A stretch of DNA of 51,873 bases. Origin: an uncultured Clostridia bacterium. GTDB taxonomy: Bacteria > Bacillota > Clostridia > Christensenellales > Borkfalkiaceae. Position 1 is the first letter of the stretch. Each line of letters starts with the position of its first letter. Position numbers and translations under genes: made by a program. The stretch lies in contig CAMWLA010000001.1 in assembly GCA_947174975.1 (NCBI GenBank), positions 1 to 51,873 on the forward strand. The letters are read 5' to 3'. Shown here piece after piece: positions 1 through 8,855 of this stretch. The notes beneath the pieces are model-generated. The model worked only from the letters and a program-made list of their open reading frames with translations, was not told where the DNA came from and made no database searches.

Positions 1-2
1 AT

Positions 3-111
3 GCAGAGATGCAAGCAGAACAAGGCGCGCGAGTATTTCCGAGGGAGCATACACAGAGGTATGTGACCGAGGGAACACGGAGCGCAACGCCGTTATGCGC
101 CGCATATATGC
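3..111 (+). repeat. structured intergenic repeat, type 1, copy A (may be clipped by the window edge)
   Basis: Aligns to copies B-F. P3 GCATAC/GTATGT (47-64, loop ACAGAG), P2 TTCC/GGAA, P1 GCGC/GCGC. Followed by T-run 112-116. Confidence 0.75.
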
Positions 112-114
112 TTT

Positions 115-1020
115 TTAGGCTTTCTTCATTGCTTCGACTTGCTTAGCCACTTCGTCCTGAAGATTTTCGCTCTTCTTTTCAAGTCCTTCGCCCATTTCAA
201 AACGAACGAAACGAACTACCGTGAACTTGGAACCGACGACCTGCGCAACAGTCTGGGAATCGTCTTTTACGAAAGCTTGCTCTAAAAGGCAGTTGTCCTG
301 ATAGAATTTGCCAAGCTTGCCGTCGACGATTTTTTCTAAGATATTCTGGGGCTTGTTTGCGTTCTTCGGGTCGTTCTGCATCTGGGAAAGCATAATTTCC
401 TTTTCCTTTGCAAGTACTTCCGCGGGAACGTCAGCCTTGTTAACGTATCCGGGTTTAGCCGCTGCGATCTGCAAAGCTACGTCGTGCAAGGTTTCCTCGC
501 TGCCGGCTTTGAAGTTTGCCGCTTCAACCATAACGCCTACTTTACCGCCCATATGGATATAAGTTTCGATCTTATTCTTGGTATTGTAGATTTCGAATCT
601 GCGGATAGAAATCTTTTCGCCGATAACTGCGGTCTGGTTGGTGATAAAATCTTTAACGGTTGCGCCGTCAAGCTTGCAGCTGTTGAGTGCATCAACGTCT
701 GCGGGCTTGTCCATAGCGATAACGTTTGCAACCTTGTCTACTATTTCGTGGAACTTGTCGCCGCGGGAAACGAAGTCGCTTTCGCAGTTGATTTCAACCA
801 GAACGCCTGCACCGCATTTGTCGCATACGAACGCGCCTACAGCGCCCTCTGCGGCAATTCTGCCCTCTTTCTTTATTGCCTTTGCAATTCCGCGCTTTCT
901 CAAAAGCTCGGCTGCTTCTTCCATATCTCCGTTAGCGTCGGTGAGCGCCTTTTTGCACTCTAACATGCCCGCACCGCTCTTCTCGCGGAGCGTCATTACG
1001 TCCTTAGCTGTGAATGCCAT
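115..1020 (-). CDS. tsf: translation elongation factor Ts
   Basis: ORF 115..1071 trimmed to the ATG at 1020. MAFTAKDVMTLREKSGAGMLECKKAL is the EF-Ts N-terminal motif. Sits 4 nt downstream of the rpsB stop, the conserved rpsB-tsf pair. Confidence 0.95.
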   Translation of the reverse strand: MAFTAKDVMTLREKSGAGMLECKKALTDANGDMEEAAELLRKRGIAKAIKKEGRIAAEGAVGAFVCDKCGAGVLVEINCESDFVSRGDKFHEIVDKVANVIAMDKPADVDALNSCKLDGATVKDFITNQTAVIGEKISIRRFEIYNTKNKIETYIHMGGKVGVMVEAANFKAGSEETLHDVALQIAAAKPGYVNKADVPAEVLAKEKEIMLSQMQNDPKNANKPQNILEKIVDGKLGKFYQDNCLLEQAFVKDDSQTVAQVVGSKFTVVRFVRFEMGEGLEKKSENLQDEVAKQVEAMKKA

Positions 1021-1024
1021 ATAA

Positions 1025-1813
1025 TTATTCCTCCTCCTTAACGTCTTCGGGAACTTCTTCCGCTGCTGCAACTACTTCTTCGATAGACATATCTTCGGCG
1101 TCGCCTTCGGGTACTTCGAGTACGGGAGTTTCGCCTTGATTTGCTTCGATAACCGCGTTAGCAATAACCGACGAGATGAGCTTAACCGCACGGATAGCGT
1201 CGTCGTTGCCGGGAATTACGCAGTCGATAAGGTCGGGATCGCAGTTGGTATCGGTGATAGCCACGATGGGAATGTTGAGCTTTCTTGCTTCCTTAACAGC
1301 GATGTCTTCGGTGTGAGGGTCAACTACGAACATAACTCCAGGGAGCTTGTTCATATCTCTGATACCGTTGAGGTTGGTCTGAAGCTTGCCCATTTCTTCC
1401 TTGAGTTTTGCAACTTCCTTTTTGGGAAGAAGATCGAACTCGCCGCTTTGTTCCATTTTCTCAAGCTTAATCATTCTGTCTACGCGCGAACGGATAGTCT
1501 TGAAGTTGGTAAGAGTACCGCCGAGCCAGCGCGAATTTACGTAGTACATTCCGCAGCGTTCAGCTTCTTCCTTAACCGCGTCCTGAGCTTGCTTTTTCGT
1601 ACCCACGAAAAGAACGCTCTTGCCGTCTTTTACAGCTTCGCATACGAATTTGTAAGCTTCTTCAACGAGGCCTACGGTAATCTGCAAATCGATAATATGA
1701 ATATCGTTGCGTTCCGCATAAATGTACTTGCCCATCTTGGGGTTCCATTTTCTCGTCTGGTGCCCGAAGTGTACACCCGCTTCGAGCAGTTGTTTCATTG
1801 ATATAACCGCCAT
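1025..1813 (-). CDS. rpsB: 30S ribosomal protein S2 (uS2)
   Basis: [27 protein letters not shown] is the canonical uS2 N-terminus. GGAGG RBS (rc of 1821-1825). Acidic C-terminal tail. Confidence 0.96.
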   Translation of the reverse strand: MAVISMKQLLEAGVHFGHQTRKWNPKMGKYIYAERNDIHIIDLQITVGLVEEAYKFVCEAVKDGKSVLFVGTKKQAQDAVKEEAERCGMYYVNSRWLGGTLTNFKTIRSRVDRMIKLEKMEQSGEFDLLPKKEVAKLKEEMGKLQTNLNGIRDMNKLPGVMFVVDPHTEDIAVKEARKLNIPIVAITDTNCDPDLIDCVIPGNDDAIRAVKLISSVIANAVIEANQGETPVLEVPEGDAEDMSIEEVVAAAEEVPEDVKEEE

Positions 1814-1981
1814 TTTAATTCCTCCGTTTTACCTCCCCGAAAGCACGGTTTTGTTGTCGGCGTTTATTACGGCATTGAAAGATTTTACCGTCACGGAACG
1901 CCCGCCCTTCGGGTGTGAATTTTATAGCCTTGTTATTTTAGCAAAATTTTCCGTAGTTGTAAAGCGTTTTAAGCGGGCAAA

Positions 1982-2013
1982 TAAAAAATCGGGCGCTCTT
2001 TGGAACGCCCGAT
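1982..2013 (-). terminator. rho-independent terminator after the lipoprotein gene
   Basis: Stem ATCGGGCG/CGCCCGAT plus TTTTTT on the minus strand. Confidence 0.75.
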
Positions 2014-2023
2014 ATATAAATTA

Positions 2024-3004
2024 TCAGTGATTATGATGGTCTTCGTGGTTTGCGCTATGCTTTTGGAACGAGCAAGTGCTGTTGTCGTCGAAAATATATT
2101 CGTAATAGGGCTGACCGTCCTTTATTATTTCCTTTATTCTGAACTTGCCGCTCTCTCCGTTTAAGTTATACTTTACGGAAATTTCGGTTACTCCGTTTTT
2201 AACTTCGCGCTCTACCTTGTACTTGCCCTTTGAACCGCCTTTAATAAACTCAAGCTCGTACTCGGTTTCCGTCTTGCCTTTTTTCGTTTCGGTTCCGAAC
2301 TCTACTTTCGTCTCTTCCACAAGCATATTGTTTGAATAAACTCTGTAAACGTATTCCGTTTCTCTTTCGTTATCCTCTACAGAAACCTCGTGCTTCATTT
2401 CGACGAAATCGCCCGTTGCCTCGCCTATATATGCGCGCATTCTAAGCTCTTCTTCCCTTTCGCCGTTTTCAACCTCGATTTGCTTTCCGCCGGTAAGACG
2501 GTATTCCACGTCTTCGGAAATCATAACGCCCTCTAAGGTATATCGGCTTTCGGTTTCGTCCTTATCAGTAGTTTGCCCAACGAAGGTTTCGTTATAATAC
2601 ATAACGTACTCGGTTGCATTGCCCGCGATATCCTTGCCCTTTACCGTAAGCTTGGTTGCAAACTGCGAATAAGCTGCGTCGGTGTTTTTCTCGGTGGTAA
2701 CGCTCATTGCGCTGTCGTCGAGGAAGCTGTCAAGCGCGGCAAAATATTTATTGAAATTTTCCGCTTGCGCCTTAATATCGTCGGAAGCCGCTGCCGCCGA
2801 TTGGGCAAGTGAGGTAAAAGTCTTTGCCGACTGCGCGTTTAAAGTGCTGCCGAGAATCTGAACGCAAGAAACCGCGCCCACACCGTAAAACTCTTCCTTG
2901 GAAAATTTCTCGGCGCTGTCATTGCCGCCTCCGCATCCGCCGAGCATTGCGCACGCGCCTATCATACCCGCCGCAAGTGCCGTAAATTTAAATATCGATT
3001 TCAT
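2024..3004 (-). CDS. putative lipoprotein, unknown function
   Basis: Signal peptide plus lipobox MKSIFKFTALAAGMIGACAMLGGC. E/K/T-rich body. His-rich C-terminus HEDHHNH. Followed by a hairpin plus T-run. Confidence 0.7.
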   Translation of the reverse strand: MKSIFKFTALAAGMIGACAMLGGCGGGNDSAEKFSKEEFYGVGAVSCVQILGSTLNAQSAKTFTSLAQSAAAASDDIKAQAENFNKYFAALDSFLDDSAMSVTTEKNTDAAYSQFATKLTVKGKDIAGNATEYVMYYNETFVGQTTDKDETESRYTLEGVMISEDVEYRLTGGKQIEVENGEREEELRMRAYIGEATGDFVEMKHEVSVEDNERETEYVYRVYSNNMLVEETKVEFGTETKKGKTETEYELEFIKGGSKGKYKVEREVKNGVTEISVKYNLNGESGKFRIKEIIKDGQPYYEYIFDDNSTCSFQKHSANHEDHHNH

Positions 3005-3059
3005 ATAACACCTCCTATATCAGTAGTATTCGCAAATTTTGTGTATATTTATGACTTGC

Positions 3060-3755
3060 CTAATTTTTAGTAATTTTATTATTTTTAAATTTTGAGATTA
3101 CACTGCAAGCTTGTTCGTAAACCCCAAAAACCAAGCCCGTAACGAAACCGCTTGCGTGCCCCAAGTTGTGCAACAAATCGTAGGGGTACCACTCAAAGGT
3201 TACACGGACAGTCCCGCCGCTGAAACACATTGCAAAGTAAATCAGTCCGAGTACGACCACGCCGGAAATTATATTGAATAAATTCCTCTTTTCTTTTTGG
3301 CATAGCACGAATACATATTCGATTATTATGTAGCCGTACAGTCCGAAGTTTACTGCCGAAAACCCTTGCCAATAAAGTGTTAAGTCATTCGTGCAGGTAG
3401 CGAACGCCGTAAACAGCGACATAATCGCCATAAAAAGCAGAAATTTAAGACTGCCCTTTTTGCGTTCAAGATATAACCCCGCAATAAAAAAGCAGAGCAT
3501 ATTCAAAAGGCAATGTTGCCAATTCGAGTGGGTATATGAGTTGACCAATGCTTGAAACAGGTTGCTCACGGAAAACTCGCCCCAATGAGGATAGCTGTCG
3601 ATAAAATATTTTGTCGCTGAGCCGTGAACGGCGTAGACGATAATATTCAGCAAAACGATAAACACCGTAGTAACAAAAAAATAGTTGCGGTTTAATAAAT
3701 TGACCGTTTTATTTTTCTCGTCAAGGCATTCTTTTATATCGAAATGCGGCTTCAT
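3060..3755 (-). CDS. rhomboid-family intramembrane serine protease
   Basis: Polytopic membrane protein with rhomboid-like motifs in order: WQHCLLNM (HxxxN), GFSAVNFGLYG (GxSx catalytic Ser), LGHASGFVTG (catalytic His helix). Confidence 0.7.
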   Translation of the reverse strand: MKPHFDIKECLDEKNKTVNLLNRNYFFVTTVFIVLLNIIVYAVHGSATKYFIDSYPHWGEFSVSNLFQALVNSYTHSNWQHCLLNMLCFFIAGLYLERKKGSLKFLLFMAIMSLFTAFATCTNDLTLYWQGFSAVNFGLYGYIIIEYVFVLCQKEKRNLFNIISGVVVLGLIYFAMCFSGGTVRVTFEWYPYDLLHNLGHASGFVTGLVFGVYEQACSVISKFKNNKITKN

Positions 3756-3773
3756 ATCTTTACCCGCCTAAGT

Positions 3774-4061
3774 TTAGTTTTCCTCTGCCTCGTCGGCTTC
3801 GTTTTGGTAAAACTCGAAAACTTCTTCTAAAAGCTTTTCATCCTCGATGGGCTCAAGCGTTTCTTCCTTTTCGTTTAAGCGGAAGATTACAACCTCGTCG
3901 TCGGCAATTTCGTCGCTGGGCTCAGCCGCAAGCAAAAGCGTGTACTTTTCGCCCTTATATTCGGTTACGTCCAAAAGCTTAAACTTTATAATTTTGCCGT
4001 CGTCATCGATAAGCTCGATAACCTCGCTTTCTTCCTCTTCGTTAATGTTTTCGTTATCCAT
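3774..4061 (-). CDS. DUF1292-family small acidic protein
   Basis: ORF 3774..4175 trimmed to MDNENINEEE at 4061, immediately after the ruvX stop at 4063. IELIDDDGKIIKFKLLDVTEYKGEKYTLLL...VVIFRL pattern typical of DUF1292. The ruvX-DUF1292 pairing is common in Firmicutes. Confidence 0.75.
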   Translation of the reverse strand: MDNENINEEEESEVIELIDDDGKIIKFKLLDVTEYKGEKYTLLLAAEPSDEIADDEVVIFRLNEKEETLEPIEDEKLLEEVFEFYQNEADEAEEN

Positions 4062-4062
4062 A

Positions 4063-4482
4063 CTACACTCCTTTAAGTTTTGATAAATAATTGTCAAGTA
4101 TGTTTGCCGCGGCAAGCGCGTCCACGTAGTTTTTCCTCTTTTCCCTACGCATACCCTCGGATATAAGCGTTTCATGCGCCATTTGGGTGGTGAACCGCTC
4201 GTCCTCGCAGATAATCTCGATAGGGGTTGCTTCTTTCAAGGCGTCGATAAATCTTTGGGTTTTTTCCGTCTGCAAAGCAGCCGTTCCGTCAAAATTTACC
4301 GGCAGACCGCAGATAATTTTGGTTGCGCCCTTGTCCTTTGCGATTTTTGCAATCGTTTCCACGTCGGTTTTGAAGCCTTTACGAAAATAGGTTTCCGACG
4401 GCAGAGCGTAGGTATTAAACGGGTCCGAAATTGCAACGCCTATGCGCTTATCGCCTATATCGAATGCGACAAATCTTTCCAT
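4063..4482 (-). CDS. ruvX: Holliday junction resolvase-like nuclease RuvX/YqgF
   Basis: MERFVAFDIGDKRIGVAISDP N-terminal RNase H-fold motif. Size 139 aa. Confidence 0.9.
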   Translation of the reverse strand: MERFVAFDIGDKRIGVAISDPFNTYALPSETYFRKGFKTDVETIAKIAKDKGATKIICGLPVNFDGTAALQTEKTQRFIDALKEATPIEIICEDERFTTQMAHETLISEGMRREKRKNYVDALAAANILDNYLSKLKGV

Positions 4483-4519
4483 ACCGCAAGTATAACATAA
4501 AGCTTATTCTTTGGCAACT

Positions 4520-4553
4520 AAAAAATATTACCGTAGGAAAACCCTACGGTAAT
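4520..4553 (-). terminator. rho-independent terminator after the ytxH-like gene
   Basis: 11-bp stem ATTACCGTAGG/CCTACGGTAAT, then ATTTTTT on the minus strand. Confidence 0.8.
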
Positions 4554-4566
4554 ATCCTTGAACGGC

Positions 4567-4767
4567 TTAGTTAGAAGAGGTAAGATCCTCGGTTATATCT
4601 TCAACCTTTTGTTCCATTTTTTCAAGCTTAGTGTCGATATACTGCTCTGCCTTTTTCAGTAAATCGTCTTGATTTTTCTTGACGAGATTTCTCAGCTTGC
4701 AGTTGTTAGCGACAAGAAGCGCGCCGCCCGCCATTCCGAGTGCGGCACCTAAGATAAATTTTTCCAC
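4567..4767 (-). CDS. YtxH-like small membrane-anchored protein
   Basis: 66 aa. Gly/Ala-rich N-terminal helix (FILGAALGMAGGALLV) followed by a charged coiled segment. Terminator directly downstream. Confidence 0.6.
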   Translation of the reverse strand: MEKFILGAALGMAGGALLVANNCKLRNLVKKNQDDLLKKAEQYIDTKLEKMEQKVEDITEDLTSSN

Positions 4768-4869
4768 TTTTTCTCTCCTTATCTTTGGAGCATACGCTCT
4801 TAATAGTAGTATGGCGTCTTAGCATAAAGTTTATGATTGTAAAAATTTACAAATAATTTCATTTTGCTA

Positions 4870-4898
4870 TTGAATTAAAATATCGGTTGTGATATAAT
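4870..4898 (+). promoter_or_regulatory. sigma-70-type promoter driving leader copy 1
   Basis: TTGAAT (4870-75), 17-nt spacer, extended -10 TGaTATAAT (4890-98). Confidence 0.6.
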
Positions 4899-4934
4899 AA
4901 ACAAGTAAAATAAAAACAGAGGTTATTAATAATA

Positions 4935-5119
4935 ACGGCGCAAGCAAAACCACGCTTTTGCGCAGCGCAACACAATTTGCGAAAACTTTCGCCTCGGCGG
5001 GGTGAATTCGCGCGATTATATAATTGTTTGCTCTTAAAATCGCGCGAAGAGGGCAAGAAGCCCTCAAATCACGAAAAATAGTTTTCGCAGAATAGAAAAC
5101 TATTTTTGTGAGGAGATTT
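4935..5119 (+). promoter_or_regulatory. structured 5' leader, type 2, copy 1 (upstream of the HIT/GltD-like operon)
   Basis: ~185 nt alignable end to end with 8856-9042. Hairpins GCAAAA-CCACGC-TTTTGC, GAGGGC-AAGAA-GCCCTC (5049-5065), and a 13-bp stem 5074-5086/5095-5107 with loop GCAGAATA, flanked by TCAC...GTGA that runs into the SD GTGAGGAG. Confidence 0.7.
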
Positions 5120-5539
5120 ATGAAAGATAAAAATTGCGGTTACTGTATGCGCGGAGAAATTCTTGAAAAATTCGGAATTTTTATCTGCGATTTAAAGGTA
5201 AGCTCTTTAATACTTTTCAAGGAACAGTCCAAGCGCGGACGGTGCATAGTTGCGTACAAAGACCACGTAAGCGAAATAGTAGATATATCCGACGAGGAAA
5301 GAAATCTGTTCTTCGAGGATGTAACGAGGGCGGCTAAGGCTATACATAAGGTGTTCAGACCCGATAAGCTTAACTACGGCGCGTACGGCGATACCGGTTG
5401 CCATCTTCACGTTCACCTCTGCCCCAAATATAAGGACGGCGACGAATGGGGCGGCACCTTTACGATGAACCCGCAAAAGGTTTATTTAACCGACGAAGAA
5501 TACGCCGAAATGATTGCTCAAATAAAAAAGGAATTATAA
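5120..5539 (+). CDS. HIT-family (histidine triad) protein
   Basis: ORF 5108..5539 begins at a GTG that is really the SD (GTGAGGAG). True ATG at 5120 (MKDKNCGYC). Histidine triad CHLHVHLCP near the C-terminus. Confidence 0.85.
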   Translation: MKDKNCGYCMRGEILEKFGIFICDLKVSSLILFKEQSKRGRCIVAYKDHVSEIVDISDEERNLFFEDVTRAAKAIHKVFRPDKLNYGAYGDTGCHLHVHLCPKYKDGDEWGGTFTMNPQKVYLTDEEYAEMIAQIKKEL

Positions 5540-5552
5540 GAGGTTTTATATT

Positions 5553-6776
5553 ATGGCTCATAACGTTATTGCCGAAGCAAAAAGATGCTTAAACTGTAAA
5601 AATCCGATGTGCAGAAAAGGCTGCCCCATAAGCACCCCCATTCCGCAGTTCATATCCTCGTTTTTAAACGGCGACATTAAGAGCGCGGGAAAAATGCTTT
5701 TTGAAAATAACCCGCTGTCCGTCGTCTGCTCGATAGTGTGCAACCACGGCAACCAGTGCCAAGGTCACTGCGTGCGCGGAATTAAGGGCGAACCCGTTGA
5801 GATAAGCACTATCGAAAACTTCGTTTCGTCGCACTATATCGACAGCTTAGAGCTGGAGAAAGCCGAACCTAACGGCATTAAAGTTGCCGTCGTCGGCGCG
5901 GGCCCCGCGGGCATTACCATTGCGATAAAAATGGCTCAGCTCGGCTACGACGTGACTATATTCGAATCGAAGAGCGAAATCGGCGGTGTACTCAGATACG
6001 GCATTCCCGAATTCAGACTTCCCAAATCGATAGTAGACAGATATCTCAAAATTTTATATAAGTTAGGCGTAAAAATAAAGTTCAACGTAACTATAGGCAA
6101 GGCTTTCGGAATTGAAGAGCTTTTCCGCGACGGCTTCAAGGCAATATCCATAGGAACGGGCGTTACCTGGCCCATACCCCTCAACGTAAAGGGCGAAACG
6201 CTCGGCCACGTGCATTACGGAGTACACTATCTCGAACGCCCCGACGTCTATCAGCTCGGCGATAACGTAGTGATTATCGGCGCGGGAAACGTTGCAATGG
6301 ACGTTGCGCGAACGGCACTTCGCCACGGCTCGAAAAACGTTAAAATTACCGTCAGAAGCGACAAGTACTCGGCAAGCGACGAGGAAAAGGAATACGCCGA
6401 AATCGAGGGTGCGGAATTCGTTTACTGCAAACAACCCGTCGAAATCACCGACGAGGGCGTATTGTTCGTCGACACCGTGTGCGACGAAAACCACGACATA
6501 AAATCGGTATCCGAAACGCCTGAGCTTATGAAAGCCGATTCGGTTATAATATGTATTTCACAGCGCCCCTCGAACCTTATTCTCACCCAGACCGAAGGAC
6601 TTGAAACCAACGCCCGCGGACTTGTTAAGATAAACGAGGACGGCTCCACTTCCCGCCCCGGGCTGTTTGCTTCGGGCGACGTCGTACGCGGAGCAAAGAC
6701 CGTCGTAGAGGCTGCGGAAACTTCAAAGCGCGTAGCCTACGCAATGGACGCGTATTTGAAAAGTCTGAAAAAATAA
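5553..6776 (+). CDS. GltD-like NAD(P)H-dependent FAD/Fe-S oxidoreductase (glutamate synthase small-chain family)
   Basis: N-terminal Cys cluster CLNCKNPMCRKGCP, plus CSIVCNHGNQCQGHC. Two Rossmann motifs VAVVGAGPAGITIA and VVIIGAGNVAMDVART. 13 nt after the HIT stop. Confidence 0.85.
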   Translation: MAHNVIAEAKRCLNCKNPMCRKGCPISTPIPQFISSFLNGDIKSAGKMLFENNPLSVVCSIVCNHGNQCQGHCVRGIKGEPVEISTIENFVSSHYIDSLELEKAEPNGIKVAVVGAGPAGITIAIKMAQLGYDVTIFESKSEIGGVLRYGIPEFRLPKSIVDRYLKILYKLGVKIKFNVTIGKAFGIEELFRDGFKAISIGTGVTWPIPLNVKGETLGHVHYGVHYLERPDVYQLGDNVVIIGAGNVAMDVARTALRHGSKNVKITVRSDKYSASDEEKEYAEIEGAEFVYCKQPVEITDEGVLFVDTVCDENHDIKSVSETPELMKADSVIICISQRPSNLILTQTEGLETNARGLVKINEDGSTSRPGLFASGDVVRGAKTVVEAAETSKRVAYAMDAYLKSLKK

Positions 6777-6821
6777 ATGCAATTAAAAAAGCCGCAGCCA
6801 TTTGACTGCGGCTTTTATTAT

Positions 6822-8243
6822 TTACCATTTTGTAGGTTCGCCGTTTACGTAACGCCAATAGTTGCCGTCTTGCTCCGGCCGGGTTGCCGAGTAGAAATAT
6901 ACTTCGGCGGGAACGGTATCGTTCGCGCCCGTAAAATTATCGTTACCCGATTTGCCGATTTTAACCGACGCCCACTCTTCCGCCGTGCCCTTATAGTACA
7001 CGGTATTCAGCGCCGTACATCTGTAAAAGGCAAAGCTTATAATGTTTTTCAAGCTTTTGGGCAAAACCACGCTTTCAAGCTGATCGCAGCCGTAAAACGC
7101 AGAGTAGCTTATCCTTGTTACTTTTTCGCCTATCGTTACGGTTTTAATTCCGCAAAAGCTGAACGAGAAATCGGGTATTTCGGTTAATTTATCGGAAAGC
7201 GTTATTTTGTCTACTTGGTTCGAAGTGTCGCCGGTAACGAAACCCGCGTTCCCGCCGAACATGACTATGCCGAAGCCGATTGAACTTACGGTTGACGGCA
7301 TTTTAAATTCAGCGAGGGATACGCACCCGCCGAACGCGCAGTCGCCGATATATTCAAGCCCTTCTTTCAAGTTGAGCGTTTTTATAGCGGTGCAGTCGGA
7401 AAATGCGGAAGCTTCTATCCTTTTGACGCTTGCGGGAACAGTTAGCTCCTCAATTGAAGCGCAACGCAAAAACGCGTATTCGCCGATTACTTCAACTTGC
7501 CTTCCGAATTCGACTGTTTTCAGAGAAGGGCAGTCGGCAAAGGCAAGCTCGCCCATTTTCAAAAGATTGCCATTGATTTTTATGCTTTCAAGTTGTCCGC
7601 AACCGTAAAATGCACTCTGCCCGATACTTCTTGCACCCTCTATAGTTACGCTTTTAATATTTTCACACTCGTAAAACGCAAAATCGGGAACTTGCGTCGC
7701 GTTGAAAGGAACGACCAAATCTTCAACGGGCTTACCGCCGACACAAAATTCCGTCGCAAAATACATAGGGTTTGACGCCATATTCGCAAACGAAATATTA
7801 CACCAGCTTTCAACGCTTAACGCGGACACGCTTTCAAGATTTTCACATCTTGCAAAGGCGTTTGCGCCTATCACTTCTGCTTTTTCTATGTGTACGCTTT
7901 TAAGATTTACGCAACCCGCAAAGGCGTTTGCGCCCACTTCTGTCACATAATATGGAATAGATATGCTTTCAAGCTGAGTATAGCCGTAAAACGCATTTTC
8001 TTCGATAGCGATTACGGGGCGGTTATTTCTTATGAACGTCGGAATATATGCATCCTTCACAGTATCGGAAATACCACTTACGGTATACCCCATTCCGCCC
8101 TTCGGATTTTTAACAAGCGTATATAATAAACCGTCGTGCGTTTCCGTATCGCCGACTTTATCATTCGACCAGCACGCGGACAAGCCGAACGCGCATGTGC
8201 CGAGTAAAATCAGCGACGAGACCAAAGAAAGAAATTTTTTCAT
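6822..8243 (-). CDS. BspA-type leucine-rich-repeat surface lipoprotein
   Basis: ORF 6822..8261 (TTG) trimmed to ATG at 8243. MKKFLSLVSSLILLGTCAFGLSAC lipobox. Repeated ~23-aa units (IG..AF..C..L.S..I) typical of BspA-like LRR_5 repeats. Confidence 0.8.
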   Translation of the reverse strand: MKKFLSLVSSLILLGTCAFGLSACWSNDKVGDTETHDGLLYTLVKNPKGGMGYTVSGISDTVKDAYIPTFIRNNRPVIAIEENAFYGYTQLESISIPYYVTEVGANAFAGCVNLKSVHIEKAEVIGANAFARCENLESVSALSVESWCNISFANMASNPMYFATEFCVGGKPVEDLVVPFNATQVPDFAFYECENIKSVTIEGARSIGQSAFYGCGQLESIKINGNLLKMGELAFADCPSLKTVEFGRQVEVIGEYAFLRCASIEELTVPASVKRIEASAFSDCTAIKTLNLKEGLEYIGDCAFGGCVSLAEFKMPSTVSSIGFGIVMFGGNAGFVTGDTSNQVDKITLSDKLTEIPDFSFSFCGIKTVTIGEKVTRISYSAFYGCDQLESVVLPKSLKNIISFAFYRCTALNTVYYKGTAEEWASVKIGKSGNDNFTGANDTVPAEVYFYSATRPEQDGNYWRYVNGEPTKW

Positions 8244-8262
8244 AAATTGCCTTTTATTCAAA

Positions 8263-8285
8263 CGGGGCGTTCGACGAACGCCCCG
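8263..8285 (-). terminator. hairpin after the SecB-like gene
   Basis: Palindrome CGGGGCGTTCG-A-CGAACGCCCCG. Only a short TTT follows on the minus strand. Confidence 0.45.
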
Positions 8286-8301
8286 CTTGGAAAGTTTTAA
8301 A

Positions 8302-8739
8302 TTAGTTGAGATTATTGTCTCCGCCGACCGAGAATGCGTAAACGTCTCTGTCTTCGGGGAAGATAGGTCCCGTAATTACGGGAAGATTCAACGGTGCGAT
8401 ATAAGCGTTTGCCGTAAGATTAGTAACGGCTGCGCGAAGGTAGGGATAAATGAGTTTCGTTCCCTCGATTACGAAGCTTCTCTCCTCGCTTTCGTTTGCA
8501 ACTTCAACCTCGAAAATACCTACGAGAGTTACGTTGATATCGAAGGGCTTAGGCTCTGCTTCGGTGGAAGCAATCTTCACTGAAAGCACGATAAAGTTAA
8601 CTTTTTCGTTGCCGTTTACCTTTCTTACTTGTCTGGAAAACTGAGGCTTGATGTCAAGCTTTGTGTCGGGTTCTATTTTCACGTGGTTGAGCTTGAACGA
8701 AAGCTCTTCTGCGGTGATACCTTTAAAATCGAATTTCAT
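8302..8739 (-). CDS. SecB-like chaperone family protein
   Basis: ORF trimmed to MKFDFKG at 8739 with AAGGAG RBS. 145 aa. LIYPYLRAAVTNLTANAYIAPLNLPVI resembles the SecB C-terminal core (LyPYlR...pp..Lp.i). Assignment from memory. Confidence 0.6.
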   Translation of the reverse strand: MKFDFKGITAEELSFKLNHVKIEPDTKLDIKPQFSRQVRKVNGNEKVNFIVLSVKIASTEAEPKPFDINVTLVGIFEVEVANESEERSFVIEGTKLIYPYLRAAVTNLTANAYIAPLNLPVITGPIFPEDRDVYAFSVGGDNNLN

Positions 8740-8814
8740 AATAATTAACTCCTTAATTAGCTTGTTTATATTATAAACGATTAACCATAATATGTCAATC
8801 AATCGGCGTTTTTA

Positions 8815-8843
8815 TTGCATAAATTTTTCAATTAATATATAAT
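8815..8843 (+). promoter_or_regulatory. sigma-70-type promoter driving leader copy 2 / rng
   Basis: TTGCAT (8815-20), 17-nt spacer, TATAAT (8838-43). The predicted start falls at about the first conserved leader nucleotides. Confidence 0.6.
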
Positions 8844-8855
8844 TAAGAAAAATAA

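Noticed and set aside
308-1801. Several 80-220-aa plus-strand ORFs (308-562, 484-963, 638-1024, 1136-1801) opposite tsf and rpsB.
   Set aside because: They are antisense shadows of two highly conserved ribosomal/translation genes. They have no RBS and a low-complexity, atypical composition.
1895-1935. CGCCCGCCCTTCGGGTGTGAATTTTATAG in the rpsB upstream region resembles CGCCTCGGCGGGGTGAATTCGCGCGATTATATA of leader copy 1.
   Set aside because: The match is only about 10-12 nt, and the rest of the region does not align. It could be chance.
4859-5067. Two 65-66-aa minus-strand ORFs inside leader copy 1, and the analogous ORFs 8991-9204 inside leader copy 2.
   Set aside because: They lie in the duplicated non-coding leader. 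The substitutions between copies preserve RNA pairing, not a reading frame. There is no RBS.
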